Assembly (NCBI RefSeq): GCF_009914755.1
Contig: NC_060933.1
Origin: the human T2T-CHM13v2.0 reference genome, Homo sapiens
Strand: one strand, 5' to 3'
DNA length: 64,000 nucleotides
Part shown: piece after piece, positions 43,071-63,909 of the stretch
Numbering within the stretch: position 1 is the stretch's first letter
Layout of the letters: each line of letters opens with the position of its first letter
Notes under the pieces: generated by a model
What the model was told of the DNA's origin: nothing
The model's database searches: none
What the model saw: only the letters and a program-made list of their open reading frames with translations
Program-made: the position numbers and the translations under genes

Positions 43071-43355
43071 ACTACTCTTATCAAACGTTCAGAGTCTTCT
43101 GTTAGTAACATTATGCATTTTGACCATGATTATCAGTGTAATCAGTAGATAAGGCAGAATGTGTTTACTTGATCTGAACCAAACTGGAACTCTGCAATTG
43201 GGATGTGTGCAACTGTGCACCTTCAAAATGTCCATGTTGAAATTTTAGAGCAACTGATTAATATGACCAAAAGTACTTAAGAGAAAAGTTTCAAAACACT
43301 AATTCTAATTATACCAGCTCTTGTTCTTTTTTATGTTCATGCTTAATATTTTCTT

Positions 43356-43656
43356 GCTTTATTTTATTTTTTATTTTTTTGAGACAGAGTCTTGCTCCAC
43401 CCAGGCTGGAGTGTAGTGGTGCAATCTCAGCTCACTGCAATCTCTGCCTCCTGGGTTCACGCAATTCTCTGCCTCAGCCTCCCGAGTAGCTGGGATTTCA
43501 GGTGCCTGCCACCAGTCGTAACTAGTTTTTGTATTTTTAGTAAAGATGGGGTTTCGCCATCTTGGCCAAGCTGGTCTTGAACTCTTGACCTCATAATACA
43601 CCTGCCTTGGCCTCTCAAAGTGCTGGGATTACAGGCATGAGCCACCATGCCCAGCC
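43356..43656 (-). mobile_element. AluS
   Basis: Antisense Alu. Confidence 0.95.
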
Positions 43657-44142
43657 ATACTTAATCTTTTAATTTCAAATTTTATATATGAATGTATGTA
43701 TGTGTCAGTATATATATTCTATGTACATATTGTGTGTGTGTGTATATATACACACACAGAGAGAGAGAGAGAGAGGGAGGAAGGATATAAAAATTATATC
43801 AAAGAAGAATGTAGTGCTATTTAAACCAAAGAACACACGCACAGCTCTTACTATTATAATCATAGAAAAAAATTAACTGACATTAAAGGGCATTTTAAAT
43901 GTTCATATATTTTGTCTCTTTTACTCAGCTACTAAAATACTCAAAATGTGGTAAGATTCTCTAATGTTTATATAGTAGAGGTTTTTGTTTAACTAGTTGA
44001 GTTGGATTGCTTATCATACAATTGAGAGCTTCGAATATCAGAACAGTTACTTACATGCCAAAATTGCTTATGAATGTTCTGTCATGTCAAAGTTGTTCCA
44101 TTACCATATAGAAGTAAACTCTGATCTGTATAGATACTATCA

Positions 44143-44302
44143 GATGGGTGTGGTGGCACATGCCTGTAGTCTCAGTTACATGGGAGGCTGAGGTGGAAGG
44201 GTCACCTGAGCCTGGGAGGTTGAGGCTGCAGTGAGCTGCGATCACACCACTGTACTCCAGACTGAATGACAGAGTGAGACCCTGTCTCAAATGAAAAATA
44301 AA
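44143..44302 (+). mobile_element. Alu right monomer (J/FRAM-like)
   Basis: Right arm only. Confidence 0.85.
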
Positions 44303-44857
44303 ATGATATTACTAGAATATACTTGTCTAAACTTTTACTTTGAGAAAACAGAAAATCAAACACATTGTTCTCACGGCGTTAACTTTCAAAGAAATGATCT
44401 GTAATTTATCTGGTGGAATTCAATGCAGTTATTTTGTTTATAACATTTTTCAAAAGCTGCGGTTTTCCCTGGGTGTGTGTGGGCACAATGCCATTGCGAT
44501 AACACTCATCTTTTGCAGAGTGCTGAAAGAGTGAGCCAGGACAGCCTTTCGACATTGAACAAGGCAATTCCCAATCTCTTGGTGGGTGAATGGAGGAAGA
44601 GTGATATCCTGATTGATGCCTCTACAATTACTTAAAAATATATGGACACTCTAGAAAATTACTCTTTTTGGACCATCCCCTCAGGTCCCTTAAATATCTG
44701 TGTCCCTTAAATATCTGTGTCCCTTTACTGAGCAGCAATTTGGGTCAGAAAAAATGGGCTCTGAGGATGCTCAGAAACAAAAGTGTTTTGGGGAGAAAGA
44801 TATGGTTCTCAAGGCCTGGAGAGGCAAACCATGTCTAGAAAAGGTCCCTGATGATAG

Positions 44858-45208
<351 letters not shown>

Positions 45209-45461
45209 CCCTTGTTTTTCAATCACAAGATATGAGTCATTGCAGGAAACAAATAAAATGGAACCAACACAGAGAAAGGTAGAGATGGAAGAGGTTAAGA
45301 CTAAATTCTAGAGATGCTGCTTATGCCCTAAGGTCTGTCCTTTAGCATTTTGTAACGTGAGTTAAAGTACGTTTGAGTTGTGTCTTTGTCATTTGCATCC
45401 AACAGAGCCCTGGCTGTGTTCACTGAATGGATCTAGTCTCTGAAAATTCACCGACATTTTT

Positions 45462-45761
45462 GGCTTGGCGCTGTGGCTCATGCCTGTAATCCCAGCACTT
45501 TGGGAGGTTGAGACGGGAAGATTACGAGGTCAAGAGATCAAGACTATCCTGGGCAACATGATGAAATGCTGTCTCTACTAAAAACACAAAAAATTAGCTG
45601 GGTGTGGTGGTGCGAGCCTGTAGTCCCAGCTACTCAGGAGGCTGAAGCAGGAGAATTGCTTGAACCCAGGAGGCGGCGGTTGCAGTGAGCCAAGGTGGCG
45701 CCACCGCTCTCCAGCCTGGCAACAGAACGTGACTCCGTCTCAAAAAAAGAAAAAAAAAAAA
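45462..45761 (+). mobile_element. AluSc-like
   Basis: Alu consensus and A-tail. Confidence 0.95.
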
Positions 45762-46537
45762 TTTCAGGGATATTTATGTAGTGACCTGTTATTTAATTTT
45801 TCAATAATATAAATCTGTTTCAAGAAAAAGAAATTTTAAACAAACTCTTATGATTTTCTTTCTCCTGAAAATTATTCCAGAACTTAAAAAAAAGGAGAAA
45901 CAAAACAGAGTAAGTACATTAGCTTTATTCAACATACCATCTTGTCTAGTAGTAAACTACTAAAAACAGTCTCCTGAGTGGAAAAAATATAAATTTTTGT
46001 CTATAGCATCAGTGTTGTCCTGCGTGTTTTCATTATTTTCTCCAAATAAATTGGCTCAATATGCTGCTAAGTATTACCATTTATGTTTATTTTGAAGTTC
46101 TATATCTTGTCTTTCCTGTTTCATCTGTAAACAGGCAATTATTGCCTCAGTGTGTATTCTGATACATTTTCTCTCTAAATCTATTGTCCAACATCTTGCA
46201 TATAAAATCTGGCTTTTCTCTCATATATCAAAATCACAGGTCACATAGTCTCAGTGCCAAGAGTTATAAGAACAACTGCTTTATTTCACTCACATCTCTG
46301 TGAATACAAAACTTCAATCTCTAAAGTATTTTGTATCTATTTATAACACTATGTTCCTGGTTTATTATTATATTATTTCATTATTAGTTCTTAAAAACTT
46401 AACAAGGTGCTGAATAATTTTGTGAAATATTCCATGGAGAACTACCATTAAAATAGTGATTACTTTAATTATATTTCATCACCTCATTTCACAAGTCATT
46501 ACAAAACTTCTTAATTGTTTAAAAATGAATGTACTTG

Positions 46538-46837
46538 GGTGGGGCACAGTGGCTCACACCTGTAGTCCCAGCACTTTGGGAGGCCGAGGAGGCCAGATCA
46601 CCTGAGGTCAGGAGTTTGAGACCAGCCTGGTCAACATGGTGAAACCCCGTCTCTACTCAAATTACAAAAATTAGCCGGGCATGGTGGCACACGCCTGTAA
46701 TCCCAGCTACTCAGGAGGCTGAGGCAGGAGAATTGCTTGAACCCAGGAGATGGAGGTTGCAGTTAGCCGAGATCATGCCACTCCAGCCTGGCCGACACAG
46801 CAAGACTCTGTCTAACAAAAAAAAAAAAAAAAAAAAA
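46538..46837 (+). mobile_element. AluS
   Basis: Alu consensus and gaatgtactt TSD. Confidence 0.95.
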
Positions 46838-46974
46838 GGAATGTACTTATCAGTCCAAGGGAAATAACTATCAAATTAGTCACTGCCCAAGTATACATCT
46901 TTTAGTGAACACAAATTGAGAATTTAGCACTGAATCTCCAAAGATTTAGTTTTTATCTGGGTTTTGAAATTGAA

Positions 46975-47267
<293 letters not shown>

Positions 47268-47349
47268 TGAAATTGTATTCTTAAGTCTCAGAAGGCTGAA
47301 GCTTTCAAGACAGGAAGAAGACAGGGATTCCCGAGTTGAACAGAGAGTG

Positions 47350-48065
<716 letters not shown>

Positions 48066-48370
48066 TCAGTGTAGGCCACAGTCCTGTGCTGAGTGCTGTC
48101 TTTACCTGTCTTGTAGGGATGGCTCAGACAAAGTCTTAACAAACAGGCAAATGACTGATTTATCTTTTTAGATTCTAAAGTTCATAAGAATAATAATGAG
48201 CTTTATAGTTGACAATAGCTAACTAAAATTTGGTCTAAGGGGAAAAGAGCGCTCAATGTTAATCAGTCAGTTTAATCTTTCTGTAAACCCTCTCAAAAAG
48301 CAAAATTGAATTAGATCATTGTGGTGCACAGATTCTTTTGGTATGTGTGTCCCACCTATAATAAAGTTCT

Positions 48371-49045
<675 letters not shown>

Positions 49046-50829
49046 TCATGTCCCATACCTGACCCTATTTATTTAAAGGTAGAACAACTGACCCAACCAC
49101 ATTTTCTCTTTAAAATGTGGGAATTGGGATTGAGAGATACTGGTCTTTCCCTATGGGTCATTTCAACTTAGAATATTTAAGTTTGGGATCGTTGGTGCTT
49201 CCATATTTAACCAGCAGCTTAGAAAAGCAGACATAGTCGATCTGTGGAAAGAAAAGCTGAAGTGATGTGGAGAGAGAAGTTGTGAAAAGCGATCAGAGCG
49301 CCTGGGAGAGATTTACTTAGGGTAGCTGGAGATGTTCCTGGAGCTCTTTCCAGACTTTGGTTCTAGCTCTTGAAGCTACCAGGCTTCCAGCCTTTAGAAT
49401 AATTCCATTTTAACCTCAGAGATTTTGCGCTGGTTCAACACCAAACAAAAGAACACTGAATAAGACAGTAATGTGAGTAGAAAGTTCTATGAAATAGAAA
49501 AGAAACTTAATGATGCGTCATAGGCCATTGATATTCACTTTCCTCCGTCCCATGTATATAGATCACTTCGCCTCTTCCAAAATTCTTATTTCATAATAAA
49601 GATTAACTAGTTATTTAAAAGTTAACCATAGCCTATTTATTGTTTATTAACAAATGTGTTTAAAAGGATCAGGTGCTAAACCTTGGAAGAATATTAAGGC
49701 AAGATGTTATGAGATCACAGAAGCTTAGTGCTGAAGGGTCCATGCCTTCACGTGGGTACAGATTCCTCTCTGAGTGCTCATTCACCCATTGTGGTGTGAG
49801 CCCTGTGTGAAAACTCTTCAGATGCAGACATGAATAAGACAAGGTGTCTGCTCAAAGTCAACTAGAGGAGACAGTAAGCAAATAATTAGAATGTGGAGCA
49901 TGCCATAATCGAAGTGGATGGGTGTCATGGGAGCACAGATCATGGGGTATCTAACTTTGCTTTGGAGGTTAAAGTATAGCAGTCGTGAAGACTTCAAAGG
50001 GGAGGTGGATTTTTATTGGAACTGTTGAGAATAAACAAGGATATACATATTTTCAACTATGGCCTGAGGGTATATGAGCTTTAAGAGCTGAACTGTTGGG
50101 GGCATTCCAGACCAAGAGGAAGTCGTGGGCAGAGGCAGGAAGGTGAAAGGAGTATGCTGTTTTTGGGAGAAGCATAGTTAGTGCAGAGGGGCTATGACTC
50201 AGGGCACACAGGGTGGCAGAGTGTGTCCGGGAGATGAAACTGGCTTACAGGCAGGAAGTGAGGAACAAAGGACCTTCTGAACTTCTTATGGAATTTAGAC
50301 TTCTATAGATAACAGAGAATCACTGTATGAATACACTGTCATACATTCTTTGAGAGAAAACACATTCATTTTTGAGAATCCTCATTCCTGAGTTCTTCTT
50401 TTTGTCTGTGGTACAGCTTCCTGCAGCCCCATCCACCAATTACAGACCTATCTTCTTAGTGTGAGTCTAATGTCTCCTCCATGGGAGGGAGCTGTAGAAT
50501 TTAAAGTTGACCATCCTGCTCATGCCTGAGTTTTCTCTCTCCTGCAACTAATGCCTTCCTCTCTGTCTGAGACCTGGCATGTCAGGGTAGAAGGCCCTTC
50601 ACCCTCCTTCTCTTGACAAACTCTGATTTATTGACATCTTACTGAATATCCAATGGCTGGAACTGGGCTCAAGCTCTTCAGTGTGGTCTGAAGCTGGGGG
50701 CAGGAGAGACCTCACTCCCTTCAAACTCACTAAGATATGAGGTGACCTCATTATACCACAGGCTTTTGTCAAGGCCACAGGGACATAAACTCAGGTCACT
50801 TTTGTTTCACAGGCGTTATTCTAATATTT

Positions 50830-51140
50830 GTGTTTTTTTGTTTGTTTGTTTGTTTTTTGAGACGGAGTCTCACTCTGTCACCCAGGCTGGAGTGCAGTGG
50901 CACGATTCGGCTCACTGCAGCCCCGCCTCCTGGGTTCAAGCAAATCTTCTGCCTCAGCCTCCCGAGTAGCTGGGAGCACAGGTGCACACCACCGTGCCCA
51001 GCTAATTTTTGTATTTTTAGTAGAGACAGAGTTTCACCATATTGGCCAGGCAGGCTGGTCTCGAACTGCTGACCTTGTGATCTTCCCACCTTGGCCTCCC
51101 AAAGTGCTGAGATTACAGGTGTGAGCCACCACGCCCGGCC
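50830..51140 (-). mobile_element. AluS
   Basis: Antisense Alu with a (TTTG)n tail. Confidence 0.95.
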
Positions 51141-51799
51141 TAAATTTGTGTATTTTTAAACTAAAGTGTCAAACTACATTTATCGCCCTCTTCTTAGTTT
51201 GGAAAAGTGCTTTGTTTCTGTTAAGATTGTTTTAGGTTTTATCTCTTCACCACACACAGGCTGCTCCTTCCAGTTCAGTATTAGCTGAGGATTTCATTTC
51301 AGTCCTCATACAGAGCAGTGGTAACAGCTGAATAAACCAGAGCTGAAAGTGGGCCCATGTCCCTCTTTCCTACCTTTCTTTCACACCTGAGTCTGATTGA
51401 GTGCAGTATGCAACTTGGATGAGCGTGTGTATGCAAAGTGCACGTCAGCAATGACCATAGCTGGAACAGGATGGAGCTAGCCACCTCTTTATCATCTCCC
51501 TGCTCATTCTTTGATGCAGAAAACTAACCTTGTCTCAAGCATGTGTAAATAATTCATGCAAAGTTACAAGACATGGTTCAAGTCATGTCCCCTCCAACCA
51601 CATCAGCACCATGAGCAGTCCTTGAGGGTCTTCAGATAATAACAACACTAAGAGTTAGCATATGTTGAATGCTGTACTATGTATATCATTCTAAGGGGAG
51701 AAGCTATGTAGAACCAAAAGTAAGCACAGGCAGCTTCAAGCAGCACAGAGAAACACAACACAGGAGGTGGCTTATTTGATTGTCATTGAAGTTGTGAAA

Positions 51800-54557
<2,758 letters not shown>

Positions 54558-54802
54558 TCAACCACATAGAGTTTTTTTAACACCTTTGAATAATGCAATA
54601 GGAACAATCTATTAAAATAAAACAGAAAAATATTCAAATTTAAATGAAACAAAGCAACTGCCAAATTATTAAATCCAAGTTCCTTATTTTAGGGGTCAAA
54701 TGCAAATATTCTTATAGCTTTTATTGCACATACATGTTGGCGGTCATGGTAAAAGAAGATACAACTCTCAACTTCAATAAAATGTATTTCAATATTCAAT
54801 AA

Positions 54803-55188
<386 letters not shown>

Positions 55189-55421
55189 CATACTTGTGAT
55201 TTCACGTGCACAGTGAGAGTTTGACTCTTTCATCCTCGCCCAAATACTTTTTCATCCCATGACTGTTGGGCTTTTTTTTCCCTTTCTTTCTTTCTTTTTT
55301 TAAGATTGCAACTCTATCAATACTGGGATGTCTATTCAAGCTAGCTAAATATGTTGATTAACTTCTCCACTCCCAGCACCTCCTAGAATCCCACTGCAAT
55401 AACAACAAATAAGAACAAAGG

Positions 55422-55710
55422 GGCCGGGCGCAGTGGCTCAAGCCTGTAATCCCAGCAGTTTGGGAGGCCAAGGCGAGTGGATCGCTTGAGGCCAGGAGCT
55501 CAAGACCAGCCTGGCCAACACGGCAAAACCCCGTCTCTACTGAAAATATAAAAATTAGCCAGACGTGTTGGTGCGCGCCTGTAATCCCAGCTACTCAGGA
55601 AGCTGAGGCAGGAGAAGAGCTTGAACCTGGGAGGCGGAGGTTGCAGTGAGCCCAGATAGCGCCAATGCACTCCAGCCTGGGCCACAGAGTGAGACTCTGT
55701 CTCAAAAAAA
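55422..55710 (+). mobile_element. AluS
   Basis: Alu consensus. Confidence 0.95.
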
Positions 55711-55939
55711 TTAAAAGGAACAAAATGAACCCATTTATACAAAGACTACAAGGGTGAAGAGACTTGGATAGCATGCAGGATATTCACAAGCAATTCTGGA
55801 AGAAAAATGGCAGATGAGTGCATTCTGTTATTAAAATCACAGCTCAGAGTCCTCCCAGGAAATGGCTGCGGTGTGTAGGGAGCTGTCTTTCACAGTGATG
55901 AAAAGAACTCTAGGTTCAGAGTGGGCAGGTATCTGGAAG

Positions 55940-56967
55940 AACATTTTTTCGCCAGCATCCCTTTATTTATTGATACGTCGATGAGAATAGTACCACAGCC
56001 CAATGACATTTATCATTTCAGTTGGCAGTGTCTCTGAGAGCAAGCTGCAAGATTTTCAAGCCTTCACTGAGTCTTCTACTGACATTTAGCTTAATCTTGA
56101 CAAGTATATCTGACTACTGCAATGTGTTAATGATCAAGGAGTATGTCAAATTACAACATGTCTGCTGCAGGAAATTATGGGGTAATACAGACAGTGTGCA
56201 CTGGATCAACCATTATCTATGCCTGGTGTTATGACAAAAAGTGATTGATTTTGGCATCAAAATTAAAGTGTTCATCTGGTTCAACTTGTTCTTTGTACAC
56301 CGTCCTTCATTATGACAAGCACATATAGCAAAAATACTGTCTTCAATATGAACTGTTGATTATTGATTAAACAGATCACATTTGGATGGGCTGCAGTTTC
56401 TGCATGTCTAACGGATGGGATCCTTCTGAGAATGCTAGAGTAGGGAATCATGACACCGAGCCACTTCAGTCATAGACCTTATTCTTGCACTTTTTTTTCT
56501 TGCTGGCAATTTTACATAGCAGGTTGAGAAAGCTACTCTATGCTAGTATAGACTATACACCAATAATTTTGATAATGAGTTCCAGGATGTATTTTTCTTC
56601 TTATATATTTTCCTTCCTACCATGATACTAGTAATTTATAAGGGGTCTGTGTAGTTTGAATGTATTTGAATAACTTTAGCTCTACTGTTTGATTTGACCC
56701 AAAGAAGCGAAGAGGACGTAAATATTCCCATTTAGAAGCCCAAAGTCAGTGAGATGAAACCCAACATCAAGAAATTGAAGCAAAGTTACTTGTGGATAAA
56801 CAATGCATTAGGTAAGTTGTCTAGAGCATAATAATTAGATTTTCTGGCTTTCAAAAATTTGGATTGCAATAAGAGGAAACTTCATGCTATTTTTACAATT
56901 TTCAGTACAAAGGGGTGTATATCTAGAAACAATAAAGTTGACATATTTGAGTACCTTTTCAAAAAAA
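55940..56967 (+). pseudogene. Possible retroposed or duplicated mRNA 3'UTR fragment, source unidentified
   Basis: Repeat-free, UTR-like ~1 kb ending in AATAAA (56931-56936), then 24 nt, then A7. The left boundary is uncertain. Confidence 0.35.
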
Positions 56968-57779
56968 GGTAACCATAACCTATTTTTTTTTTTTATTAAA
57001 AGGACCAGGTGCTAAACCTTGGAAGAATATTAAGGCAAGAGTATTAAGGCATTTTAATTCAGCTTAAGTATCATGTTAAGTGGTGAAATTCAGATGTAAT
57101 AGAATGCATAAAAGTGTTAATCACCAGTGCTTAAGATGGCCCACAGAGGTTGTTCTACCAGGCATATAGAAATCTTTCTCACTATGCCTGTTTGTGAGCA
57201 GGATCAGTGGTTTTGCACTGCAGGCACACATTTCATTTTGTCAAATATTTTTGCAACCTCCCCTCTACTTAATAGTTTAATCACTACATCTATACAAACT
57301 ACTTGGTCAATGAGGGCCCATTTTACTTGTGTCTTCCAGAAATATTTTGTATTACCCCAAATGACATCTTCCAGCAGATCTTCCTCAGATATAAAGTTTC
57401 CAAAAAACTGGCAAATAAAATTACTATCTTCAGAACTTTTCTGTATTTAAAAATAACAATAAAAAGCTATGAATTTACATAAAATTCAAACCATTGTGTT
57501 TATAGCCACAGTCCTCCACACAATTTTCATGAGACCATTGGTAAAATCATATATAAGCAACATTCCTGTATTCCTAGAAAGTGTTTATATTTCAAAAGCA
57601 CTTTATTTTTCCTCAGATATTCCCCTGAAGAAATTTGGAAAGAAATTGAAATTGCCTGTGGTTGTAGCCAATTCACCTGTAAAGAATATAAAATTCTCCC
57701 CATGAACTGGTCATCCCAGTGTCACACTTACAAGTCTGAGAAAAGTGCAAGAGGTTATTCGGAAGTATTCCTTCCTTTT

Positions 57780-58617
<838 letters not shown>

Positions 58618-59462
58618 CATACCTGATTTTATTGTGCTTTGCTTTACTGCACTTCTCAGATACTGCATTTTTTATAAATTGAAGGCATGTGGCAACCCTG
58701 CATTGAGCAAGTCTATCAGCACCATTTTCTCCAATAGCATGTGCTCACTTTGTGTCACTGTATCACATCTGGTAACTCTTGCAATATTTTAAATTTGTAT
58801 TATTATGTCTGTTATGTGATCTGTGATCAGTAATCTTTGATGTTACTATTGTAATTGTTTTGGGGTGCCACAACTGTGCCAACATAAGATGACAAACTTG
58901 CCAGTAAATGTGTGTATTCTGACTGCTCCACCGACCATCCCCCATCTCTTTTTTCCTCTCTTCAGGCCTCTGTATTCCCTGAAACAGAACAGTATTGAAA
59001 TTAGGCCAATTAATAATCCTACAATCGCCTCTAAGTGTTCAAATGAAAGGACGAATCACGTATTTCTCACTTTAAGTCAAAAGCTAGAAATGATTGAGCT
59101 GAGTGAGGAAGGCATCCTGGAAACCAAGATAGATGGGGAGCTAGGCCTCTTTCACCAAACAGTTGGCCAAGCTGTGCATGCAAAGAGAATGTTCCTGGAG
59201 GAAATTAAAAGTGCTACTCCAGTAAACACACAAGTGATGAGAAAGTGAAACGGCCTTATTGCTGATATGGAGAAAGTTTGAGTGCTCTGGACAGAAAATC
59301 AAACCAGCCACAACATTCCCTTAAACCAAAGCCTAATCCAGAGGAAGGCCCTAACTCTCTTCAGTTCTATGAAGGCTGAGAGAGGTGAGGAAGCTGAAGA
59401 AGAAAAGTTGGAAGGTAGTAGAGGTTGGTTCGTGAGGTTTAAGGAAAGAAGCCATCTCCGTA
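58618..59462 (+). mobile_element. Tigger1 5' part with decayed transposase N-terminus (CENP-B-type HTH)
   Basis: Terminus catacctgattttattgtgctttgc. ORFs read ASKCSNERTNHVFLTLSQKLEMIELSEEG and [31 protein letters not shown]...[12 protein letters not shown], with an in-frame stop at 59248. Confidence 0.92.
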
Positions 59463-60096
59463 AATTAGCTTTTAAAACTTTTTTAAGCAGGCAATCTCTG
59501 ACTTTGCTTCAGTAACATTTCCTTCTCCTGCTCTTTCTCATTTTCCCATTGCTCATGCTTATACCTGCCCATCTTTCTCTAGTATTAAAGTTTGGATAAA
59601 TATTTGATCTTTGAATACTATTTTATATTGTTATATGCCTCTGATTTTATCCTCTGGACAAACTTGAGAGACAGTGCAAAAATTTCTTTATATCTTTATA
59701 ATATAAAGAATTATGGCAAATTTTAAAAGAAGTACCAGCTTTATTGAGGTATAATTTACGTATAATAAACTGCACCCTCTCCACCCCCTCCCCTCACTGT
59801 CTACCAAAAAATGTCTGATGATATCCTGGCAATCTGACCCTGCCTGGAAAACACCATAGAGAAAGACAGCAATGTGCTTCCTCGCTCTGGAGTTCTATTG
59901 GATTTTAATGGCCATAGATGTATTATGAGCCACACAAACCAGCACTAAAGTAGAGAATTTTTTCCAGAAAAGGTGTGCTAAAAAAGCATGTAAATGAAAG
60001 CTTTTATTTGTTTTATTTTCAGCAACAAAGACATAAAATTATTAGGTAGGCCATGATACACAAACACTAACCACTGTACCATCCTTTGATGTTCAT

Positions 60097-60460
60097 TGCA
60101 ATGGATTCAATGTTTGTGCCCCCCACACAAATTCATACGTTGAAATCCTAGCCCCCAAAGTGATGAGATTAGAAGGGAGGATTGCTGAGAAGTGATTCAG
60201 TCATGATGGGCCCTCGGAAATGGGATTAGTGCTCTTATCAAAGAGACTAGGAGCACTGGCTTGCCCCTATCACCACATGAGGACACAGCAAGAAAGCACC
60301 CATCTATGAACCACAAAGCAGGCCTTCACCAGACACTGAATCTGCCAATGCCGTGATCTTGGACTTCCCAGCCTCCAGAATGATAAGAAACACATTTCTG
60401 TGGTTTATAAGTCACCCGGTCTATGGTATTTTGTTGTAGCATCCCAAATGGACGAAGACA
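60097..60460 (+). mobile_element. MLT1A-type MaLR solo LTR
   Basis: TG...CA ends; aaattcatacgttgaaatcctag; cttggacttcccagcctccagaa. Confidence 0.85.
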
Positions 60461-60649
60461 TAGTTCACTGTCAGTTCAATTGACCATGAAGGATTATGGG
60501 GCCTGTGTGTCCCTGGCACTGTGATAGGAACTGGGGAGAACACAGAGGGAAATTAATAATACTTCAGCCTGTATTTTAATAACTTAGAGTTTAGTAGAAA
60601 TAAACTGAAAGGCATAGCAGGGTGAAAAAAAAAGTGTAAGTAATGTACT

Positions 60650-60800
60650 AATATTTGTTGAGCCCCACCATATGCTAGACTCTATTGTCTTACTTATACC
60701 TCTCAGCAAACCTATAAGTTAGGTCCTATTAGCTGATTTATAGATGGCAAAATAGGCTCAGTGAGGTCAAGTAACTTGCCCTATGTTATAGAGTTATCAG
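60650..60800. mobile_element. MIR
   Basis: tttatagatggcaaaataggctcagtgaggtcaagtaacttgccc (MIR core). Confidence 0.7.
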
Positions 60801-60939
60801 TGGGAAAGTTGAAAGTGGTCAAGGGCTATTTATAGTCAGGAGAAATTAAGTGAGTTTAGAGTCATTCCTTTTCTGTAGCATTACATTAGTCCTGAAATAA
60901 AGCAAAATGTATCAAATTCATATACCATATATAAATATA

Positions 60940-61234
<295 letters not shown>

Positions 61235-62693
61235 CCTGTATTTTAGATAAGAAAGATGCTTTATCTGTCTCCCATTGGAATACACTTTTGTTGTTCGTTT
61301 TTTTTTAACTTAATTAAACTTGAAAGCCAACTTTTGTCAAAACAGAAGAAAATAAAGCAATTTTTAAAAAAATCCAGTGTTTAAAATACTTGTCATTTAT
61401 AATATATGCATATAACAGAAAAGTAGAAAATAATTCTACATTTTAAAAGCTTAGCTTCTACATGGCAAGTGTGGGACATAAAGTTGATACTTGACCATTA
61501 ACTGGATATATTCTAGATTTTCACATTTAATGATAATAGATGTGTGCGTCTCATGGTCAAACTAAAATGATTTATTTTTTACAAATTATCTTTATCATTA
61601 GCAAACAAGTCTTACTTTTATTAGTCAATTATAAGTCCACAGAGATATAGGAGCTCAATTTGTTACAGGGAACTTGAGCATTCCATGGATTATCTGAGCT
61701 GAATTTGAAGAATGTACTGTGGAGATCTTCTATGTGATATATATAAAGGACGTAGGTCAACTACTGGTTATTATTTAGAAAATACTTTAGGGAAAAAAAT
61801 TATCTTCTGGGGCCAATAATTGAGTTCTATTAAACTACAGAGGTAGATAATTTTGAAATGAGAAATCAAAATATATTTTGATTTTATATTACTCATATTT
61901 TCATTTTATTCATAAAGTTTTTTGGAAAAAGACAACAGAAATTGTACTTTGTTGAGAAGACTCCTAGAGCCAAATAGTCACAGACTCAGAATACACAGAG
62001 ACAAGCAAAGATGGTTCCAGCAAGCTCTAAGGACACAGACATGTGAAAGAGGCGCTGAAGACACACGAGGACTGATGCATGGTAGATGTCATCCTGATAT
62101 GGCTGGGCTTCTGGACTCACTGCCTCCTCCTTCTAGAACCCAGCACCTCCAAGGCTGGGAGAAGAGAAGTTTGGGGTCTATGGGAAATGACCTCTGGAAG
62201 TGGCTGTGACTGTTTCCAAAGACAAATACAATCTAGATTCTCGAAACAATGCAAATGAACAAAAAATGTGAGTTTAGCAGTTAGTGAAACATTAAGATGA
62301 GATACAGGAGTAAACACATTTTTTTCCATAAAAGTAGTGGATGTTAAATAATGAAATACAGTGGTAAAACAATTACAGCCTGGAGGCTTTAAGATGTAAA
62401 TCAAAAATGGAGACCAGTGGTGTTAATATCATATGAGAGGATTAAATATGAGCTGCTGGTCCAACTGTGTTCTGCAGGAATTCAGGCAGATGGATGAGAG
62501 ACAGGCTATGAGTAAAGCATTACCACAGCTGGGGGTGCGGTGTATGGAAGCTCATCCTAGCTAGCACTTGGAGAAGAACTCACACATTGCAAACATATCC
62601 GGTTAAAAACTGGCATTTGCTGCAACTAAAAAAGGCAAGTGATGGTCTAGGTGAACTGCCTTTTCTTTCTCTCCTTCCAAAGGACAAAATTAA

Positions 62694-63008
<315 letters not shown>

Positions 63009-63909
63009 TTAATTAAGGAAACTGTTTCTTTTACATCTATTTTTTCATCCCAAACTCAAATGCCAAATATTTAGCTATTATACATGTATTCATTTTCTTA
63101 GAATACACTCTATCCAGCTTGACATTTCTTTTAAATTTTCCCATTACATAATTAGATTCTTGATCCTCATTTATGTGATGTTTCCATCATGTGCTGGGTT
63201 TTATGCTCCAAATACATGTCCTTTCATACTTTAATGGACACAAATGTGCTTTATAAATATTTTGAAATCCATTTTAAGGTAATTTATTGAGTGAAAATTC
63301 TGTGCTCGGTATTTTATTGGGGTCAGTGGTGGGGTAGGAGAAGGAAAGGACATGGCTTTTGCCCTCCAAGGAAGTTGCAGGGAAACTGTCTCTGATTTCA
63401 TTATCAAAGCGAGGCCCCTTTCTATTTCTCCATTTCAATACCTTTTCTACTGACTTCAGATCTATCAGATGTTATAATTATTTCCCACTTGTGTTTGTGT
63501 AACTGTGTTCTGACTATCCACACATTAGGTGTGGGCTCTGTGAAAGCAGGGACCATATTGATCCTGTTCAATGTCATACCATATCCCTAGCATAGAACTA
63601 GTAGAGGCATAACAAAGATCTGTGAAAAAGTAAATGCATGCATAACTCAGTTGATCAATTAATGTACATCACTTGGCAGAAGAATAAAAGGATCACGAGA
63701 GCAGATGAAAGAAGACTTTATATTTTGCAGAAGAAAATTTTCTGTGTCTTCAAATGATCACAAATATAATTAATAAAGTTGATGAGGCTTTCTTCAAAAT
63801 GGTGCTTGTAGAAAAAGTGAGAGAAAGGCAAAACAAGAGAAATAATATGGATATTTAGCATTCTGGATGTTTGCTAAGTGACAATTAAACCATAAGAATA
63901 CACTTCACA

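Noticed and set aside
44686-44724. 17-bp unit gtcccttaaatatctgt repeated about 2.3 times
   Set aside because: A simple local slippage duplication, unrelated to the 15-bp array.
57127-57760. Two + strand ORFs (107 and 78 aa) in AT-rich unique-looking sequence; a similar tract lies at 45940-46530
   Set aside because: No recognisable domain or splice pattern. They may be very old transposon remnants, but I cannot support a call.
58865-59515. Possible domesticated TIGD1-like transposase
   Set aside because: There is an in-frame stop at 59248, the start codon is lost and it truncates before the DDE domain, so it is an ordinary Tigger1 relic.
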